A DNA stretch of 64,000 nucleotides, taken from Planctomycetota bacterium. Lineage in GTDB: Bacteria > Planctomycetota > Phycisphaerae > SM23-33. Of the stretch, positions 35,537-45,475 are shown piece by piece (within the stretch, counting starts at the first letter, position 1; each line of letters starts with the position of its first letter). The notes beneath the pieces are model-generated. The model searched no databases and was not told the origin of the DNA. It saw only the letters and a program-made list of their open reading frames with translations. The stretch covers positions 6,282 through 70,281 of the forward strand of contig JAAAOJ010000018.1 of NCBI GenBank assembly GCA_009908915.1, written 5' to 3'. A program made the translations under genes and the position numbers.

Positions 35537-36589
35537 CTAGAACTCGTCTTCGTCGGACTCCATCGTGTCCTTCCAGAGTTCCAGATTCTCCAGGTAAACA
35601 GCCGTGCCGCGTGCCACGCACGTCAGCGGGTCGTCACCAACGGTCACGTCCAGGCCGGTCGCGTTGGACAGCACGGTATCCGTGCCTCGCAGCAGCGCGC
35701 CGCCGCCGGCCAGCACGATACCGTTGTCCACCAGGTCCGCGGCCAACTCGGGCTCGGCCTTTTCCAGCGTGCGGGTGACGCAGTCAATGATCGCGCCGAC
35801 GGGCTCCTTGAGGGCCTCGCGGACCTCCTCGCTGGAGATGTTCGTCTTTCGCGGCAGGCCGGAGATCATGTCGCGGCCGCGGACCTCCATGGTCATTTCC
35901 TGTTCCATCGGGCTGGCAGAGCCGATGTCGATCTTGATGCGTTCGGCGGTCTGCTCGCCGATCATGAGGTTGTACGTTCGCTTCATGTGGGCGGCAATGG
36001 CCTCGTCCATGTCGTCGCCGGCAACGCGGATCGACTCACAGACGCTGATATCGGCCAGGGAGATGATGGCCACCTCCGTCGTGCCGCCGCCGATGTCGAC
36101 GATCATCGAACCGGTCGCCTCCGTGACGGGCAACTCGGCCCCAATCGCCGCGGCCATCGGCTCTTCGACCAGATAGACGCGGCGGGATCCGGCCCGTTCG
36201 GCCGAGTTGAGCACGGCGCGTTTCTCGACGGCGGTAATGCCGCTGGGAATGGCGATGACGACGCGTGGCTTGATAAGGCTGCGGCGGCGATGCACCTTAC
36301 GGATGAAGTAGCTGAGCATCGCTTCGGTGATGTCAAAGTCGGCGATGACGCCGTCCTTCATGGGACGGATGGCGGAAATCGAGCCCGGCGTCTTGCCGAG
36401 CATTTCCTTGGCGACGATGCCCACGGCATTGCCGTTCTGCAGCACGCGGTTCGTGCCGCGCTTGACGGCGACCACGGACGGCTCATTGAGAACGATCCCC
36501 TGGCCGCGAACGCAGACCAGCGTGTTACAGGTACCGAGGTCGATACCCATATCGGTCGAGAACATCCCGAATATCGGATCGAAGATCAT
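35537..36589 (-). CDS. mreB: rod shape-determining actin homolog MreB
   Basis: 350 aa. MGIDLGTCNTLV, AIRPMKDGVIADFD, DIGGGTTEVAIISL and GGGALLRG are actin-fold phosphate/adenosine motifs in MreB order. Confidence 0.95.
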   Translation of the reverse strand: MIFDPIFGMFSTDMGIDLGTCNTLVCVRGQGIVLNEPSVVAVKRGTNRVLQNGNAVGIVAKEMLGKTPGSISAIRPMKDGVIADFDITEAMLSYFIRKVHRRRSLIKPRVVIAIPSGITAVEKRAVLNSAERAGSRRVYLVEEPMAAAIGAELPVTEATGSMIVDIGGGTTEVAIISLADISVCESIRVAGDDMDEAIAAHMKRTYNLMIGEQTAERIKIDIGSASPMEQEMTMEVRGRDMISGLPRKTNISSEEVREALKEPVGAIIDCVTRTLEKAEPELAADLVDNGIVLAGGGALLRGTDTVLSNATGLDVTVGDDPLTCVARGTAVYLENLELWKDTMESDEDEF

Positions 36590-36715
36590 GGGTTCATTCC
36601 GATGCCGTCCGATGGGACGGCGTCCTGCGCGCAGCGGATATCACCTTGCAGTGTATGTCGACCCGTCGAGCGCGAAGGCTTGAGGAAAACCGCCCTGCCT
36701 GGGCGGCGCGACCGT

Positions 36716-36955
36716 CTACGGCTGGTCAAGATCGGTGGTCTTGGGTACACCGCTGTCGATGACCGGCTTCTGCTCGGCGGGAGCTTTGAACATGTCGCCC
36801 GTTTCCATACCGAGCCCTCCGTCTTCGACGGAGGCGGTCAGCCGATAGTATGAGAACCCGACCGACACCAGCAACGCCAGCGCAGCGATCATGATCAGGA
36901 CGGTATAGACGTTGGGTCCGGCCTTCACGTGTACAACATTTCCGCCGTTGGCCAT
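36716..36955 (-). CDS. small hypothetical membrane protein
   Basis: 79 aa with one TM (VYTVLIMIAALALLVSVGFSYY). Lies 9 nt downstream of the preceding coiled-coil gene. Confidence 0.45.
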   Translation of the reverse strand: MANGGNVVHVKAGPNVYTVLIMIAALALLVSVGFSYYRLTASVEDGGLGMETGDMFKAPAEQKPVIDSGVPKTTDLDQP

Positions 36956-36964
36956 CTGACGCTC

Positions 36965-37834
36965 CTAGTTGACGGTATTGAGGCTGGTCGAACTGGTGAT
37001 GCGGTCGCCCTGGATCGGGTCCAGCCGCTTGTTGACGACCATGCCGGCCGATTCATTGACCTCGACCTCCTCAACCTTGAGGTGGCCGACGAACTGATCG
37101 CCACGGTAGACAATCAGCATCATGCCGTCCTTGACGCCGTGGGCCGATCCGACGTTGGCGCTGGCGAGGTTGCCCTCGACGGCCGTAATCGTACCGGCGA
37201 TGCCCGGGGGGGCGATCGGCTCGGTTTCGGCGGCCGCGACGGCGCCAGGCACGCGGCGCTCCAGATCGCGTATCTTCGTGTTGAGATGCTCCAGTTCGGC
37301 CTTCTGGTCTTCGCGTTGACGCTGGGCAAGACGGAGATTCTTCTGAAGCAAGTCGATGCGTTTCTCGGCCTCTTTGAGGTTGTCGGCGAGGAGGGCCTTG
37401 TCCTCACGGGCCTTATTGAGACGCTCGTAGGCGCCCTGCAGTTCCTCGCTGAGCGACTCGTTCGTCGCGCGCTGAGCGTCGAGTGTCTTCTCGACATCGG
37501 TCAGTTTCGTCGTGATGATGCCGATATTGTTCTGGGCCTGGCCGAGCTTGACGGCCAGTTCGCTGGCCTTGTTGCTCGCGGCATCGCGTTCGGCCCGCAC
37601 ATCAGCCAGTTGCGACTGCAATGTCTCTCGCTCGGCGGTCAGGGCCTGGTTCTTCCTGCCCAGGGCAGCAGCCAGTTCATTGCATCTGGCTTCGAGGTTC
37701 TTGTAGGCCTGTCGTTCCTGCTCGTACCACTGGCGGTAGTTCTCGGGCATCGTGGCCATATTGAAAAAGACCACCGACGCCACGAGCGAGGCGACGACCA
37801 TGATAACGACGCTTATCTTGGTCAGGATACTCAA
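36965..37834 (-). CDS. membrane-anchored coiled-coil protein with small C-terminal beta domain (MreC-like architecture, unproven)
   Basis: 289 aa. N-terminal TM, about 170 aa of heptad-like Glu/Lys/Leu/Gln-rich sequence, then GTITAVEGNLASANVGSAHGVKDGMMLIVYRGDQFVGHLKVEEVEVNESAGMVV...GDRITS. Confidence 0.55.
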   Translation of the reverse strand: MSILTKISVVIMVVASLVASVVFFNMATMPENYRQWYEQERQAYKNLEARCNELAAALGRKNQALTAERETLQSQLADVRAERDAASNKASELAVKLGQAQNNIGIITTKLTDVEKTLDAQRATNESLSEELQGAYERLNKAREDKALLADNLKEAEKRIDLLQKNLRLAQRQREDQKAELEHLNTKIRDLERRVPGAVAAAETEPIAPPGIAGTITAVEGNLASANVGSAHGVKDGMMLIVYRGDQFVGHLKVEEVEVNESAGMVVNKRLDPIQGDRITSSTSLNTVN

Positions 37835-38028
37835 CGTACTGCTCCTTTTTGATCAACCGAGGCCGGCCAGCTGGTCACCATCCCAGATATGGTGGATGTA
37901 TCGGCCGAATGGCGTGCGTTTGTTTACAGTTGTTGGCAAAGATTCACACAAAGATCCGTAGTTTTGCTGAAATCGGCAATCAAGTCAAGCGAAATTCACG
38001 TTGCATTCGCATGCGTATCTGCTTGTGT

Positions 38029-39210
38029 CTAATCGGGTTCGATGGCTCCGGACGACTGCAGTCCACCGGAGGGTAACGGAGCCGGCGGCAGCGGCTGGCC
38101 CTGGGGTTCGTCCTGCCCCGATTGCGGAGCGGGCGCGTTCTCGTGGCCGAGCACCTGCAGGATGGCCATCGCGGCGGCGACGCGCACCTCGCCGGATGTG
38201 CTCTCCAGCAGCGCCGATAGCACGTCGATCGCCTGCTGCCGCTTCATTTTGCCCAGCGACAGGGCCGCCAGGTGCTGCAGTTTGGCAGGTTCCGACGCAT
38301 CGCGGATGCCGACGTCGCCGTAGTACTCATTCAGCATCTCACGCGGATGGTGGGCCGCTTCGACGCACATGTCGTAGTCATCGTCGGTGATCACACCGCG
38401 CGAGGCCAATGCCCCGGCGGCCGAAACACGCACGCGCGGGTGCGATGACTCGTCGATCAGCTTCCGCAGGACACTGTCGACCCGGGTGTCGGGCATCTCG
38501 GCAAAGACCGGGATGGCCGCCAGCTTCACGTCCAGTTCCGGGCGGCGCACGAAGGCCTCCAGCGACCGCTGACTGGCCTCGTCGCCCAGCAGGGCCAGTG
38601 CCTCCGTCATCGCCAGGCGGGCGGCGGGGTCGACCTCGTCGGCCTTGGCGGCTCGCAACGGGCCCATCGCCGAGGGTTCGTCCATTTTGCCCATGCACAT
38701 GGCGGCGGAGGCTCGCGCCCACTTCTCGGGCGAGAAGAGAATCCGCGCCAGCATGCTCGCGTGCGTATCGTTGCCGATTTCGTGCAGTGCGTAGATGGCT
38801 GCGGCGGCCACGCGGTCGTCCACCTTCGGGTCCATGACCATCTGCTCAAGCCTGTCCTCGGCCGGTGCATAGGCGATATCGCCCAGGGCCATCGCCCCTG
38901 CGTACTGAACAATAATGAATCGATCGTCGAGGGCGTCCATCAACACGCCGGACTCGCGTCGGCCGATCGTATTGGCGACGGCCTCGATGGCGTGGGACCG
39001 GGTCGCGGGATCGGTGGCGTTGGCGGCCTGCAGCAGCCTCGCCCGGGCCTCGCGGTACGCGTCCTGCGGACTGACGTTCGTGCCCAGGCCTCCACGCCCG
39101 CCGTTGAGATTCAACTTGCAGCCGCCCAACCACACCGCCACAAGCAGCAGGCTCGCGACGGCTATACGCGTCCATGACCAGGTTCTCTTGTTATTCTGTC
39201 GATGCATCAC
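38029..39210 (-). CDS. HEAT-repeat lipoprotein
   Basis: Lipobox LLLVAVWLGGC, then repeated HEAT-like units (e.g. DPATRSHAIEAVANT, DDRVAAAAIYALHEIG, HPRVRVSAAGALAS, SGEVRVAAAMAIL). Its start overlaps the lnt stop by 20 nt. Confidence 0.7.
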   Translation of the reverse strand: MMHRQNNKRTWSWTRIAVASLLLVAVWLGGCKLNLNGGRGGLGTNVSPQDAYREARARLLQAANATDPATRSHAIEAVANTIGRRESGVLMDALDDRFIIVQYAGAMALGDIAYAPAEDRLEQMVMDPKVDDRVAAAAIYALHEIGNDTHASMLARILFSPEKWARASAAMCMGKMDEPSAMGPLRAAKADEVDPAARLAMTEALALLGDEASQRSLEAFVRRPELDVKLAAIPVFAEMPDTRVDSVLRKLIDESSHPRVRVSAAGALASRGVITDDDYDMCVEAAHHPREMLNEYYGDVGIRDASEPAKLQHLAALSLGKMKRQQAIDVLSALLESTSGEVRVAAAMAILQVLGHENAPAPQSGQDEPQGQPLPPAPLPSGGLQSSGAIEPD

Positions 39211-41425
39211 GTCGGTTTCTCCAGATCATCCATGCCACGAGAAATCCCGCCGCTACGGTGACGGTGATGGCGAACAGGTCGCCAATAAGACTATACACCG
39301 TCAACCGGCTGTCCACAAGCGGCCGTGTTGCCAGCGTGCCGGCGATCATTGTTGTTTGTCGGTCATCACCCGCCATTCGCTGAACCACACTTTGCAGGCG
39401 ACCGTTGCTGGTGATGTGCGCACTGATGCCGGTGTTGACCGCCCGGACGACCGGCACGCGAAGTTCCACCGCGCGATACGCGTAGTGTGACAGGTGCTGT
39501 GACTGCTCGGTCGTGCCCTGCCACGGCCCGGCCTCGGGGTCGTTGCGGAAACCCGCCAGCAGCCAATCCCAGTATGCCCCACGGTGGGTGAACCAGCCGT
39601 CGTTGGAGAGGTTCGCCAGTACGAGGGTATCCTTCGGTTCAGATCTGACGAGCCACCGGCAAATCGTCGCAAACGTACCTTCATAGCAGATCGGCGTGGC
39701 GAGGTCGAATACGCCCGTCGGCGTGTCGAGCTTGAAATGCGTCGGCGAGCGACCGGGCTCGAGTTGCGGCATGGACGGAGGCACGAACCGGCGCAGCAGG
39801 TTGTGAAACGCCGGCCACCTGTACTTGAAGGGCACATACTCGCTGAACGGCACGAGATGCATCTTGGCGTATTCCCGCTCGGCGATACCGCCGGCGTCGA
39901 AGCGGACAGCCGCATTCCGGTAGACCCAGATGTCCTGTTCGCCCGTTGGGTGCGGGTTCGGCCCGACGCTTGATGCGCCGGCGATGATCGGCGCGTCGAC
40001 CAGGATCGCCATCGCACGAACCAGGCCGGCGTGGCCGCGCAGGCAGGCGATGCGGTCCGCCGAGGAACGCTGCAGGCCGTAGCGGTGCCGCTCGCGCCAC
40101 GTGGCCAGGTCGTCCACGTCAAGCAGCGCCGCAGCTGCAGCGTCTGTCTCGGCCGGAAGGTCCGGCTCATAGCCCATGACGAACGCCCCGACGGCCGCCC
40201 GCAAGGTCGACAGGTCGACGGCCGCCGACGCGTCGCCAAACAGAATGCGACCGACGCGGCGGATCACGTCGTCGTGCAGCTGGTCCAGCTCCGCAGGCTC
40301 GACGAACTCGCCCAGGGCCACAATCATCGCAGGCCGACGATAGGCCTCCGGCGACAGTGGCCCGATGTACTCGCGAAGTCGGCGGCGCAGTTTCCCCGGC
40401 GGCAAGGCGTCCGCCACGCCGCAACCCAGAAGCTTCTCGGCCAGCGACGCCGCCGACGCGTCGTGCAATGCATCGACCTCGACGTGGACCGCCGCACGGT
40501 TCAGGCCGGTCGGCAGCATGGTCTCCGGCAGCAGCAGGGCATCGCAGCCGGCCCCGATAAACGTCGACATCCGCTGGAGATGGTCCTCGAGCACCTCGCC
40601 CTGCGTTCTGGTCCGGCCCTGCAGCGAAATCGGCACAGCCTCCTGGACGATGCCCAGCAACGGCCCCGGCCTCTGGGACGGCTGCGACAGTCGCCACGTG
40701 CCGTAGCCCAGCATCGCCGCCACCGCCAACACGCAGGCCAGAAGCCCAGCCGGAATGCGTCGCGTCATGGTCACTCGCCCGCGACTGCGCACCAGTAGCG
40801 GGGCCGTCAGCATGTCCACCAGCAGGCCGTTGACCATGGCAACAAGGAACGACACGCCGTACTGGCCGGTGATGTCAGCAACCTGGATAAGCCGCGTCCG
40901 CGTCCATTGGCTCTGGGCGAGGAAGAACCACGGAAAGCCGCTGATGATGCGCGACTGAAGAAACTCGATGCCCACCCAGACCACCGGCATGACCCCCCAC
41001 GCCGGCCAGCCTCGCCGCAGCGCCCGCCGAAGCACCACCGCCGCCAACAGCCAGTACAGCGACAGGTAGATCATCGTCGCCAGCGCGCCGACGACGGTCG
41101 GCAGCATCAACCAGTACAACGCGCAGGCCCAATAGACCAGGGCCGTCGCCCAGGCGATGAGCACAGTCAGTCGGCCCCGGCGGCCGCCGACAACGGCCAG
41201 CGTCCACGGCACGAGCGCGACGTAGCCGACCCACCAGAGATCGAACGGCGGAAAACTGACGATCAACAGTACGGCGGTGAACAGGCCGAGGATCAACACG
41301 CTCGCCAGGCGACGCAGCTCGAAGTGCCGCTCGAAGACGATCTGCGGCGGCGCGTGGTCGAGTAGATCGCCGTTGTTTTCGGCGCGGGGCGGATCGCCAT
41401 CTTTGCTCGCGGGGGATTGGCCCAT
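39191..41425 (-). CDS. lnt: apolipoprotein N-acyltransferase Lnt (unusually long, 744 aa)
   Basis: N-terminal polytopic domain (FPPFDLWW, GFPWFFLAQSQ) and a CN-hydrolase domain with E (LLLPETM), K (KMHLVPFSEYVPF) and C (TPICYEGTF), plus a C-terminal TM. About 150 extra residues lie between E and K. Confidence 0.85.
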   Translation of the reverse strand: MGQSPASKDGDPPRAENNGDLLDHAPPQIVFERHFELRRLASVLILGLFTAVLLIVSFPPFDLWWVGYVALVPWTLAVVGGRRGRLTVLIAWATALVYWACALYWLMLPTVVGALATMIYLSLYWLLAAVVLRRALRRGWPAWGVMPVVWVGIEFLQSRIISGFPWFFLAQSQWTRTRLIQVADITGQYGVSFLVAMVNGLLVDMLTAPLLVRSRGRVTMTRRIPAGLLACVLAVAAMLGYGTWRLSQPSQRPGPLLGIVQEAVPISLQGRTRTQGEVLEDHLQRMSTFIGAGCDALLLPETMLPTGLNRAAVHVEVDALHDASAASLAEKLLGCGVADALPPGKLRRRLREYIGPLSPEAYRRPAMIVALGEFVEPAELDQLHDDVIRRVGRILFGDASAAVDLSTLRAAVGAFVMGYEPDLPAETDAAAAALLDVDDLATWRERHRYGLQRSSADRIACLRGHAGLVRAMAILVDAPIIAGASSVGPNPHPTGEQDIWVYRNAAVRFDAGGIAEREYAKMHLVPFSEYVPFKYRWPAFHNLLRRFVPPSMPQLEPGRSPTHFKLDTPTGVFDLATPICYEGTFATICRWLVRSEPKDTLVLANLSNDGWFTHRGAYWDWLLAGFRNDPEAGPWQGTTEQSQHLSHYAYRAVELRVPVVRAVNTGISAHITSNGRLQSVVQRMAGDDRQTTMIAGTLATRPLVDSRLTVYSLIGDLFAITVTVAAGFLVAWMIWRNRRDASTE

Positions 41426-41549
41426 CAGGTCTCCGTGTCATGCGGCCCGACAGCAGGCAGCCGGCGGCATTGTGACCGCCCGGCCGGGTGCGCGTCAAGC
41501 GCAGCACAGCGGCTTTGCATTCGGCAGGTTCGGGCGATACCATGCGTCG

Positions 41550-42467
41550 ATGAGCCAACCCACCCGAGGATCCCGGACCACACCGAGTCGAATGCTGCCG
41601 CTGGTGATGCTGCTGGTGCTGCTGGCGGCCGTCACCGTCGCCTGGCTGCTGGCCCGCGAGCCGGGCGAAGGCGTCGCCACCGCGGCCGCGATCATTGCGG
41701 ACATCCGCAGCGAAGGCCTGGGGGCCTACTGGTCGGGCGAGCCGGTGCTGCACTGGTATCTTATCCGCATCCGCGGCAAGCCGGTGGGCTGGCGGGTGAC
41801 CTACCGCCAAGGCGACGACGACGGTTTTGGAGGCGGGCAGGTGCTAATCCGCCGTTCGCCGAAGGGCGGTGCCACCGAAGCCATCAGTTCGTGGTGGCTA
41901 AACAGGGACGCAACGCGCGGCGTCTACAAGGGGCATTCGCTCGGCAGCAGCGTCGTCGCGCAGGACAGCGGCCGGTTGGTCAAGATGCGAAGCGAGACTG
42001 AAGCACGCATCGAACTGCGCGACGGCCAACTCAATATTCTGCAGGTCTTCGACGGCCGCCCGGTGGAATCCCAAGCCCCTGCTCCGCCGGGATACATCCC
42101 GGAAGGGGCCGACGACCTTGCCATGGCGCTGGCTGCCCAACGCCGCACACATGCCCTGTTCCGCATGATCATCGACCAGTATCCGCCCGAGGGGTCGTAC
42201 CCGATATTCCTACGGCTGAGCATGCAGTATCTCGGCCCGCCGGAAGGCGAGCCGAACCACACGGTCATGGAGGTCACCCGCAGCCGTCGGGGCCAAACAC
42301 TGAACAAGGCCACGTACATCCTCGACCGCGACGGCGAGGTCCTGGAGTCAAGCTACGAAATCGGTGGCCGAAGCTTCACCGAGACGCGCAGCAGCGAAGA
42401 GAACGTGCTCAAGGTCTTCCCGAACGCCAGGTCCATCTTCACCTCGCTGACACATTACGATGACTGA
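41550..42467 (+). CDS. hypothetical secreted/membrane-anchored protein
   Basis: 305 aa from MSQPTRGSRTTPSRMLPLVMLLVLLAAVTVAWLLA. No recognisable motif. The upstream part of ORF 41277..42467 overlaps the lnt start. Confidence 0.5.
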   Translation: MSQPTRGSRTTPSRMLPLVMLLVLLAAVTVAWLLAREPGEGVATAAAIIADIRSEGLGAYWSGEPVLHWYLIRIRGKPVGWRVTYRQGDDDGFGGGQVLIRRSPKGGATEAISSWWLNRDATRGVYKGHSLGSSVVAQDSGRLVKMRSETEARIELRDGQLNILQVFDGRPVESQAPAPPGYIPEGADDLAMALAAQRRTHALFRMIIDQYPPEGSYPIFLRLSMQYLGPPEGEPNHTVMEVTRSRRGQTLNKATYILDRDGEVLESSYEIGGRSFTETRSSEENVLKVFPNARSIFTSLTHYDD

Positions 42468-42854
42468 ACCGACTGACTGCCAGAGATGACACGCAACTGA
42501 TCGGGTTTGTTCAATCGGAATGCGTATGACCCCCACCACCATTCACCGCAATCGCCTGCAACCCATCCCGCCCTGCAGATTGCGACGACGCCTGCGGTGC
42601 GGGCTCCTCCAGCGGTGCGTCGCTGACAGGCATTGCGGGCATGCGCGGGCTTTGCAGGCCGCTGACGATGTCGTCGATCCGCACCGGGTGGCCGGCGAGG
42701 ATCGACCGGCTGGCCGCGACGCCCGTCAGGATCGAACAGGCCCCTGCCCGATGATCGCTGGCCCGCATGTACGTGCCATCGGCAAGATCCCCGTCGGGCT
42801 GCCAGACGGACTGTCAAGGCGTCTTTGGCCTTCAGCCTCGGCCCTGTCGGTCTT

Positions 42855-44303
42855 CTAGTCGAGTTTCATGGTCATGAGGAACTCGGCGTTGGACTTGGTC
42901 TTCTGCAGTCGGCTGACGAGCAGGTCCATGGCCTCAATGGGTTGCATGTCGCTGAGGACGGCCCGCAGACGAGACATCAGCTTGTACTCGTTGGGGTCGA
43001 GCAGCAGTTCTTCCTTCCGCGTACCGGAGCGGCCGACGTCGATGGCCGGCCAGATGCGGCGGTCGCTGAGGCGGCGGTCAAGGTGCAGCTCGCTGTTGCC
43101 CGTGCCCTTGAACTCCTCGAAGATCACCTCATCCATCCGGCTGCCGGTCTCGACCAGGGCCGTGCCGATCACTGTCAGGCTGCCGCCTTCCTCGACCGCG
43201 CGGGCCGCGCCGAAGAATCGCTTCGGCGCCTGCAGGGCCGAGGCATCCACGCCGCCGGTCATGATCCGCCCGGTGTGCGGCGCGACAGTATTGTGGCCGC
43301 GGGCCAGGCGGGTGATGCTATCCAGCAGGATCACGACGTCATGGCCGTACTCGACCATGTGGCGGGCCTTGGCCTGGACCATCTCGGCGATCTGGATGTG
43401 ACGGTTGGCCGACTCGTCGAACGTCGAGGAGACGACCTCGGCCTGTGTGTTGCGGCGCATGTCCGTCACTTCCTCCGGCCGCTCGTCCAGCAGCAGGATG
43501 AGTACGTAGGCGTCGGGGTGATTGGCATTGATGGCGTTGGCGATCTTCTGCAGCAGCACGGTCTTGCCCGTCCGCGGCGGCGCGACGATCAGCATCCGCT
43601 GACCGAAGCCGACCGGCGTGACCAGGTCAACCACGCGCATGTTGATCTCGTCGGCCGTTGTCTCCAGAACAATGCGCTTCTGCGGAAAGCATGGCGTGAG
43701 GTCCTCGAAGGTGACCTTCTCGGCGAGTCGGTCGGGCACTTCGTGGTTGACGGCTTCGACGCGGAGCAGCGCGAAGTACTTCTCCTTTTCCTTCGGCGGG
43801 CGGATCTGACCGGAGACGATGCATCCCTGCTGCAGGCGGAAGCGGCGAATCTGCGATGGCGAGACGTAGATATCGTCCGGGCTGGGCAGATAGTCGTACT
43901 CGGGACTGCGCAGGAAGCCGAATCCGTCAGGCAAAATTTCCAGCACGCCCTCGCCGTACATCATGCCGTCCTTCTGCACGCGGCGGCGGATGATGCGAAA
44001 GATCAGCTCCTGCTTGCTCAGGCCCGCGTAGTCATCGAGGCCTTCCTCGCGGGCCATCTCGTGCAGGTCGGCCGCTTCCATCTTCTGGAGGTCGGCAATG
44101 TACAGCGAGCCCTTCTTGACCTTCTCGTACTTCTCGTCCATCCGCTGTTCAAACTTCGATTCCAGGTCGTCCGGGCCATTATCGGCGGCCGCCTCGGGAC
44201 GGTCGTCGGCGGGGTCCTGCTGGTTCGTTCCGGGGTCGGTCTTGCGGGTCGACGTCTTGCCGAACGTCTTCTTGTCATATGTGTCAGCCGCTTTGGCCAT
44301 CAT
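42855..44303 (-). CDS. rho: transcription termination factor Rho (N-terminal extension)
   Basis: Walker A APPRTGKT, the RNA-binding domain ([14 protein letters not shown]...[12 protein letters not shown]) and the C-terminal RecA-like domain. Start at MMAKAAD with GGAG upstream. About 60 extra charged residues at the N-terminus. Confidence 0.95.
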   Translation of the reverse strand: MMAKAADTYDKKTFGKTSTRKTDPGTNQQDPADDRPEAAADNGPDDLESKFEQRMDEKYEKVKKGSLYIADLQKMEAADLHEMAREEGLDDYAGLSKQELIFRIIRRRVQKDGMMYGEGVLEILPDGFGFLRSPEYDYLPSPDDIYVSPSQIRRFRLQQGCIVSGQIRPPKEKEKYFALLRVEAVNHEVPDRLAEKVTFEDLTPCFPQKRIVLETTADEINMRVVDLVTPVGFGQRMLIVAPPRTGKTVLLQKIANAINANHPDAYVLILLLDERPEEVTDMRRNTQAEVVSSTFDESANRHIQIAEMVQAKARHMVEYGHDVVILLDSITRLARGHNTVAPHTGRIMTGGVDASALQAPKRFFGAARAVEEGGSLTVIGTALVETGSRMDEVIFEEFKGTGNSELHLDRRLSDRRIWPAIDVGRSGTRKEELLLDPNEYKLMSRLRAVLSDMQPIEAMDLLVSRLQKTKSNAEFLMTMKLD

Positions 44304-44465
44304 TACGTAACTCCGTTTGGTGTGTTCAGTAAGGCGGGTTGCTGTATGCGGAATAAACAGTCGCGAGACACGTCGGTTGCAGGCAGTACACCATGCAGAA
44401 GGGCATCCTGCGTGGCGGTGAACCACACCCCGCGAGGTGACCGGCCAAGCCGGAACGACAAGACC

Positions 44466-45068
44466 TCATTCGAGAATGTCGTCTAGCAGTCGGGTTACCT
44501 GCCCTGGCAGATGTGAAACGTCGTCGACGTTCTTCAATCCATAACAGCAGAGTTCCTGCTTTCTGTCAAGCGGAAACTGGACCTTCTCCCGACGAAGCAA
44601 CTCGGCGCGCGACCAGCCCCGCGCCGCCGTCACACGAGCCACACGATCCGCGAGCGGCGCCTCGACGTACACCGTGTGCGTACACAGCACATCCCAGCCG
44701 GCCTCGAAAAGCACGGCCGCGTCGATGACCACGGCCCGGGTGCGGCCGGCCTGTCGCGCCGCGGCGATGCGACGCTGCATCTCCGACCGCATTGGCGGGT
44801 GCAGGATGTCCTCCAGCCGCCGACGCACCTGCGGATCGGCAAACACCAGCCGCCCCAGTTTGCCGCGATCAACAGCGCCCGACGCGTTGACGACCTCCCC
44901 GCCCCACTGCCGGCGAATGGCCTCGCGTATGCCCGGCTCGTCCAGCAGCGCATGGCCGAGCGCGTCGGCGTCGATAACCTCGCAGCCGACCTCGCCGAAC
45001 GCCCGCGCCACCGTACTCTTGCCCGAACCGATGCCGCCGGTAATCCCGATGACTGGAATCTCCCTCAT
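44466..45068 (-). CDS. coaE: dephospho-CoA kinase
   Basis: 200 aa from MREIPVIGITGGIGSGKST (P-loop), with DADAL and IDAAVLFEAG patterns. The upstream part of ORF 44466..45344 runs through REP-like repeats. Confidence 0.85.
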   Translation of the reverse strand: MREIPVIGITGGIGSGKSTVARAFGEVGCEVIDADALGHALLDEPGIREAIRRQWGGEVVNASGAVDRGKLGRLVFADPQVRRRLEDILHPPMRSEMQRRIAAARQAGRTRAVVIDAAVLFEAGWDVLCTHTVYVEAPLADRVARVTAARGWSRAELLRREKVQFPLDRKQELCCYGLKNVDDVSHLPGQVTRLLDDILE

Positions 45069-45162
45069 CCCGGCGATTTTGCTCTCCCCCGCCGGCGAAG
45101 TCAACAGAGGGTGCGGTCGGAATTTGCTGGCGGTGAGACACGATTGCCCGCCAAGCCTGTTG

Positions 45163-45337
45163 CTCCGACCCTCTCCCTTGGCACTCCCTTGGCAGACGTA
45201 CCGAGTCCGCGAGGCGGTGAGGGGTCTTTTTTCTTTCTTTTGCTGTAGCCGAACCGTTCGCCGCGCGCTGCTGAAACCTGGCTGTCGTAAGAGCCCTCTC
45301 TGGCTCGAAGACTCACCATCTCTCCCAGAGGGAGAGG
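45163..45337. repeat. two REP-like hairpin elements in inverted orientation
   Basis: 45294-45337 reads ccctctctggctcgaagactcaccatctctcccagagggagagg. 45163-45225 is a degenerate reverse-complement copy (…gagtccgcgaggcggtgagggg). Confidence 0.6.
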
Positions 45338-45475
45338 CGTTCATGTCTCAGCCCGCCAGACGGCCTGCCAACATCAGCCGACTGCTCCCGTCAACAGACC
45401 GCCGACCTCTTCGTTGGAGCTTTGCCGCCCGCGGCTGTATAATCCCCCGCTGCCCGGGACGCGAAAGGACAGCCC

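Noticed and set aside
33668-36853. 441-aa minus ORF over the mttB-like gene and 511-aa plus ORF over mreB
   Set aside because: These are shadow ORFs opposite strongly supported genes.
42511-42810. Minus-strand reading frame ...QSVWQPDGDLADGTYMRASDHRAGACSILTGVAASRSILAGHPVRIDDIV... resembling the C-terminal end of a Gfo/Idh/MocA-type oxidoreductase (possible gene fragment)
   Set aside because: Only about 60 residues show vague similarity. A stop lies immediately upstream and there is no start or N-terminal domain. This cannot be supported without a database search.
42825-44486. 553-aa plus-strand ORF over rho. The same applies to 53056..54573 over hisD, 55924..57411 over paralog 1, 60266..61459 over the HAMP-PP2C gene and 46476..47783 over the GT-C gene.
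   Set aside because: All are antisense or out of frame relative to genes with clear motifs, and all have typical high-GC shadow composition.
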